Source: an uncultured delta proteobacterium (GTDB lineage: Bacteria > Desulfobacterota > Syntrophobacteria > Syntrophobacterales > Syntrophobacteraceae). From it: 64,000 bases of DNA. The DNA lies in assembly GCA_963808625.1 (NCBI GenBank), contig CAWEHK010000051.1, positions 1 through 64,000 of the forward strand, given 5' to 3'. The position numbers and the translations under genes are program-made. A model generated the notes under the pieces. The model searched no databases and was not told the origin of the DNA. It saw nothing but the letters and a program-made list of their open reading frames with translations. Below are positions 63,641 to 64,000 of this stretch, one piece after another (position 1 is the stretch's first letter; each line of letters opens with the position of its first letter).

Positions 63641-63718
63641 TGTCGGGCGGGGATAAACCCCGCCCCTACGCGGCAAAAGCCCAATTCTCTGTAGGGGCGG
63701 ATTTTATGTCCGCCCACA
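63641..63718. repeat. Pair of REP-like palindromes
   Basis: GGGCGGGGATAAACCCCGCCCCTAC and GTAGGGGCGGATTTTATGTCCGCCC. Confidence 0.7.
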
Positions 63719-63796
63719 ATTCGTCATGATTTACCGACCTTAGTATTGTCCCCGCCTTTCTGCTGTCCCCCACACTCAGTTCGTATCGTCCACGGC

Positions 63797-64000
63797 CTAA
63801 TACCGCCCTTGCAGCCCCAGTCGAAAAGTCCTTCCCGGCATCGGGTAACCATCAACAAAGGCGTAGTTTCTGTCCGTCAGGTTGTCGACCGCCAGATAGA
63901 GATCGACATATTTGACCGGACGAATGGTAAGACGAGCTCCCAGGACCACATCTCCGCCCTTATCGATCGCCTGGGTGTAGGTGGGAGAAAGATAGTTCCA
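63797..64000 (-). CDS. C-terminus of a TonB-dependent receptor (BtuB-like by context), partial
   Basis: ..VDLYLAVDNLTDRNYAFVDGYPMPGRTFRLGLQGRY*. Confidence 0.85.
   Translation of the reverse strand, partial: WNYLSPTYTQAIDKGGDVVLGARLTIRPVKYVDLYLAVDNLTDRNYAFVDGYPMPGRTFRLGLQGRY

Noticed and set aside
1..64000. Numerous frameshifts (MFS, M20 peptidase, TonB receptors, Fe-S protein, imuB and others) as mass pseudogenisation or programmed frameshifting
   Set aside because: They are scattered single-base shifts in otherwise well-conserved genes with no shared slippery motif. Sequencing/assembly indels are the simpler explanation.

Overview
GC-rich bacterial chromosomal window. Gene content suggests an anaerobic Desulfobacterota/Syntrophobacterales-like organism (inference). 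Many otherwise intact genes are split by single-base frameshifts, which most likely reflects uncorrected indel errors in the assembly, so individual frameshifts need caution. Left to right: (1) the end of an integron, with a 5'-truncated intI, one clear attC, and DUF2971-like and TIR-WD40 cassettes; (2) a lexA-imuB-dnaE2 SOS mutagenesis cassette heavily invaded by 7-bp tandem repeats and a REP-like palindrome; (3) MFS, ThiF-like and MBL hydrolase genes; (4) three family-I (GctAB-like) CoA-transferase pairs, two of them preceded by a homologous unannotated Cys-rich microprotein; (5) housekeeping/accessory genes (M20 peptidase, GNAT, CBS proteins, rhomboid, tautomerase, DUF218, thioesterase, LspA, Fe-S proteins, HAD, a VapBC-type TA pair); (6) a ~28 kb trace-metal/corrinoid uptake region with two TonB proteins, three TonB-dependent receptors, two FecCD/Btu-type ABC systems, CbiMQO, CooT-like and DUF3842-like genes, a nucleoside-hydrolase-FmdE fusion and a BtuF-CbiZ fusion. 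The best candidates for something undescribed are a ~133-nt structured leader RNA present twice in front of metal-uptake operons (with a covarying hairpin and a terminator), the repeat-interrupted dnaE2, and the duplicated Cys-rich microprotein.
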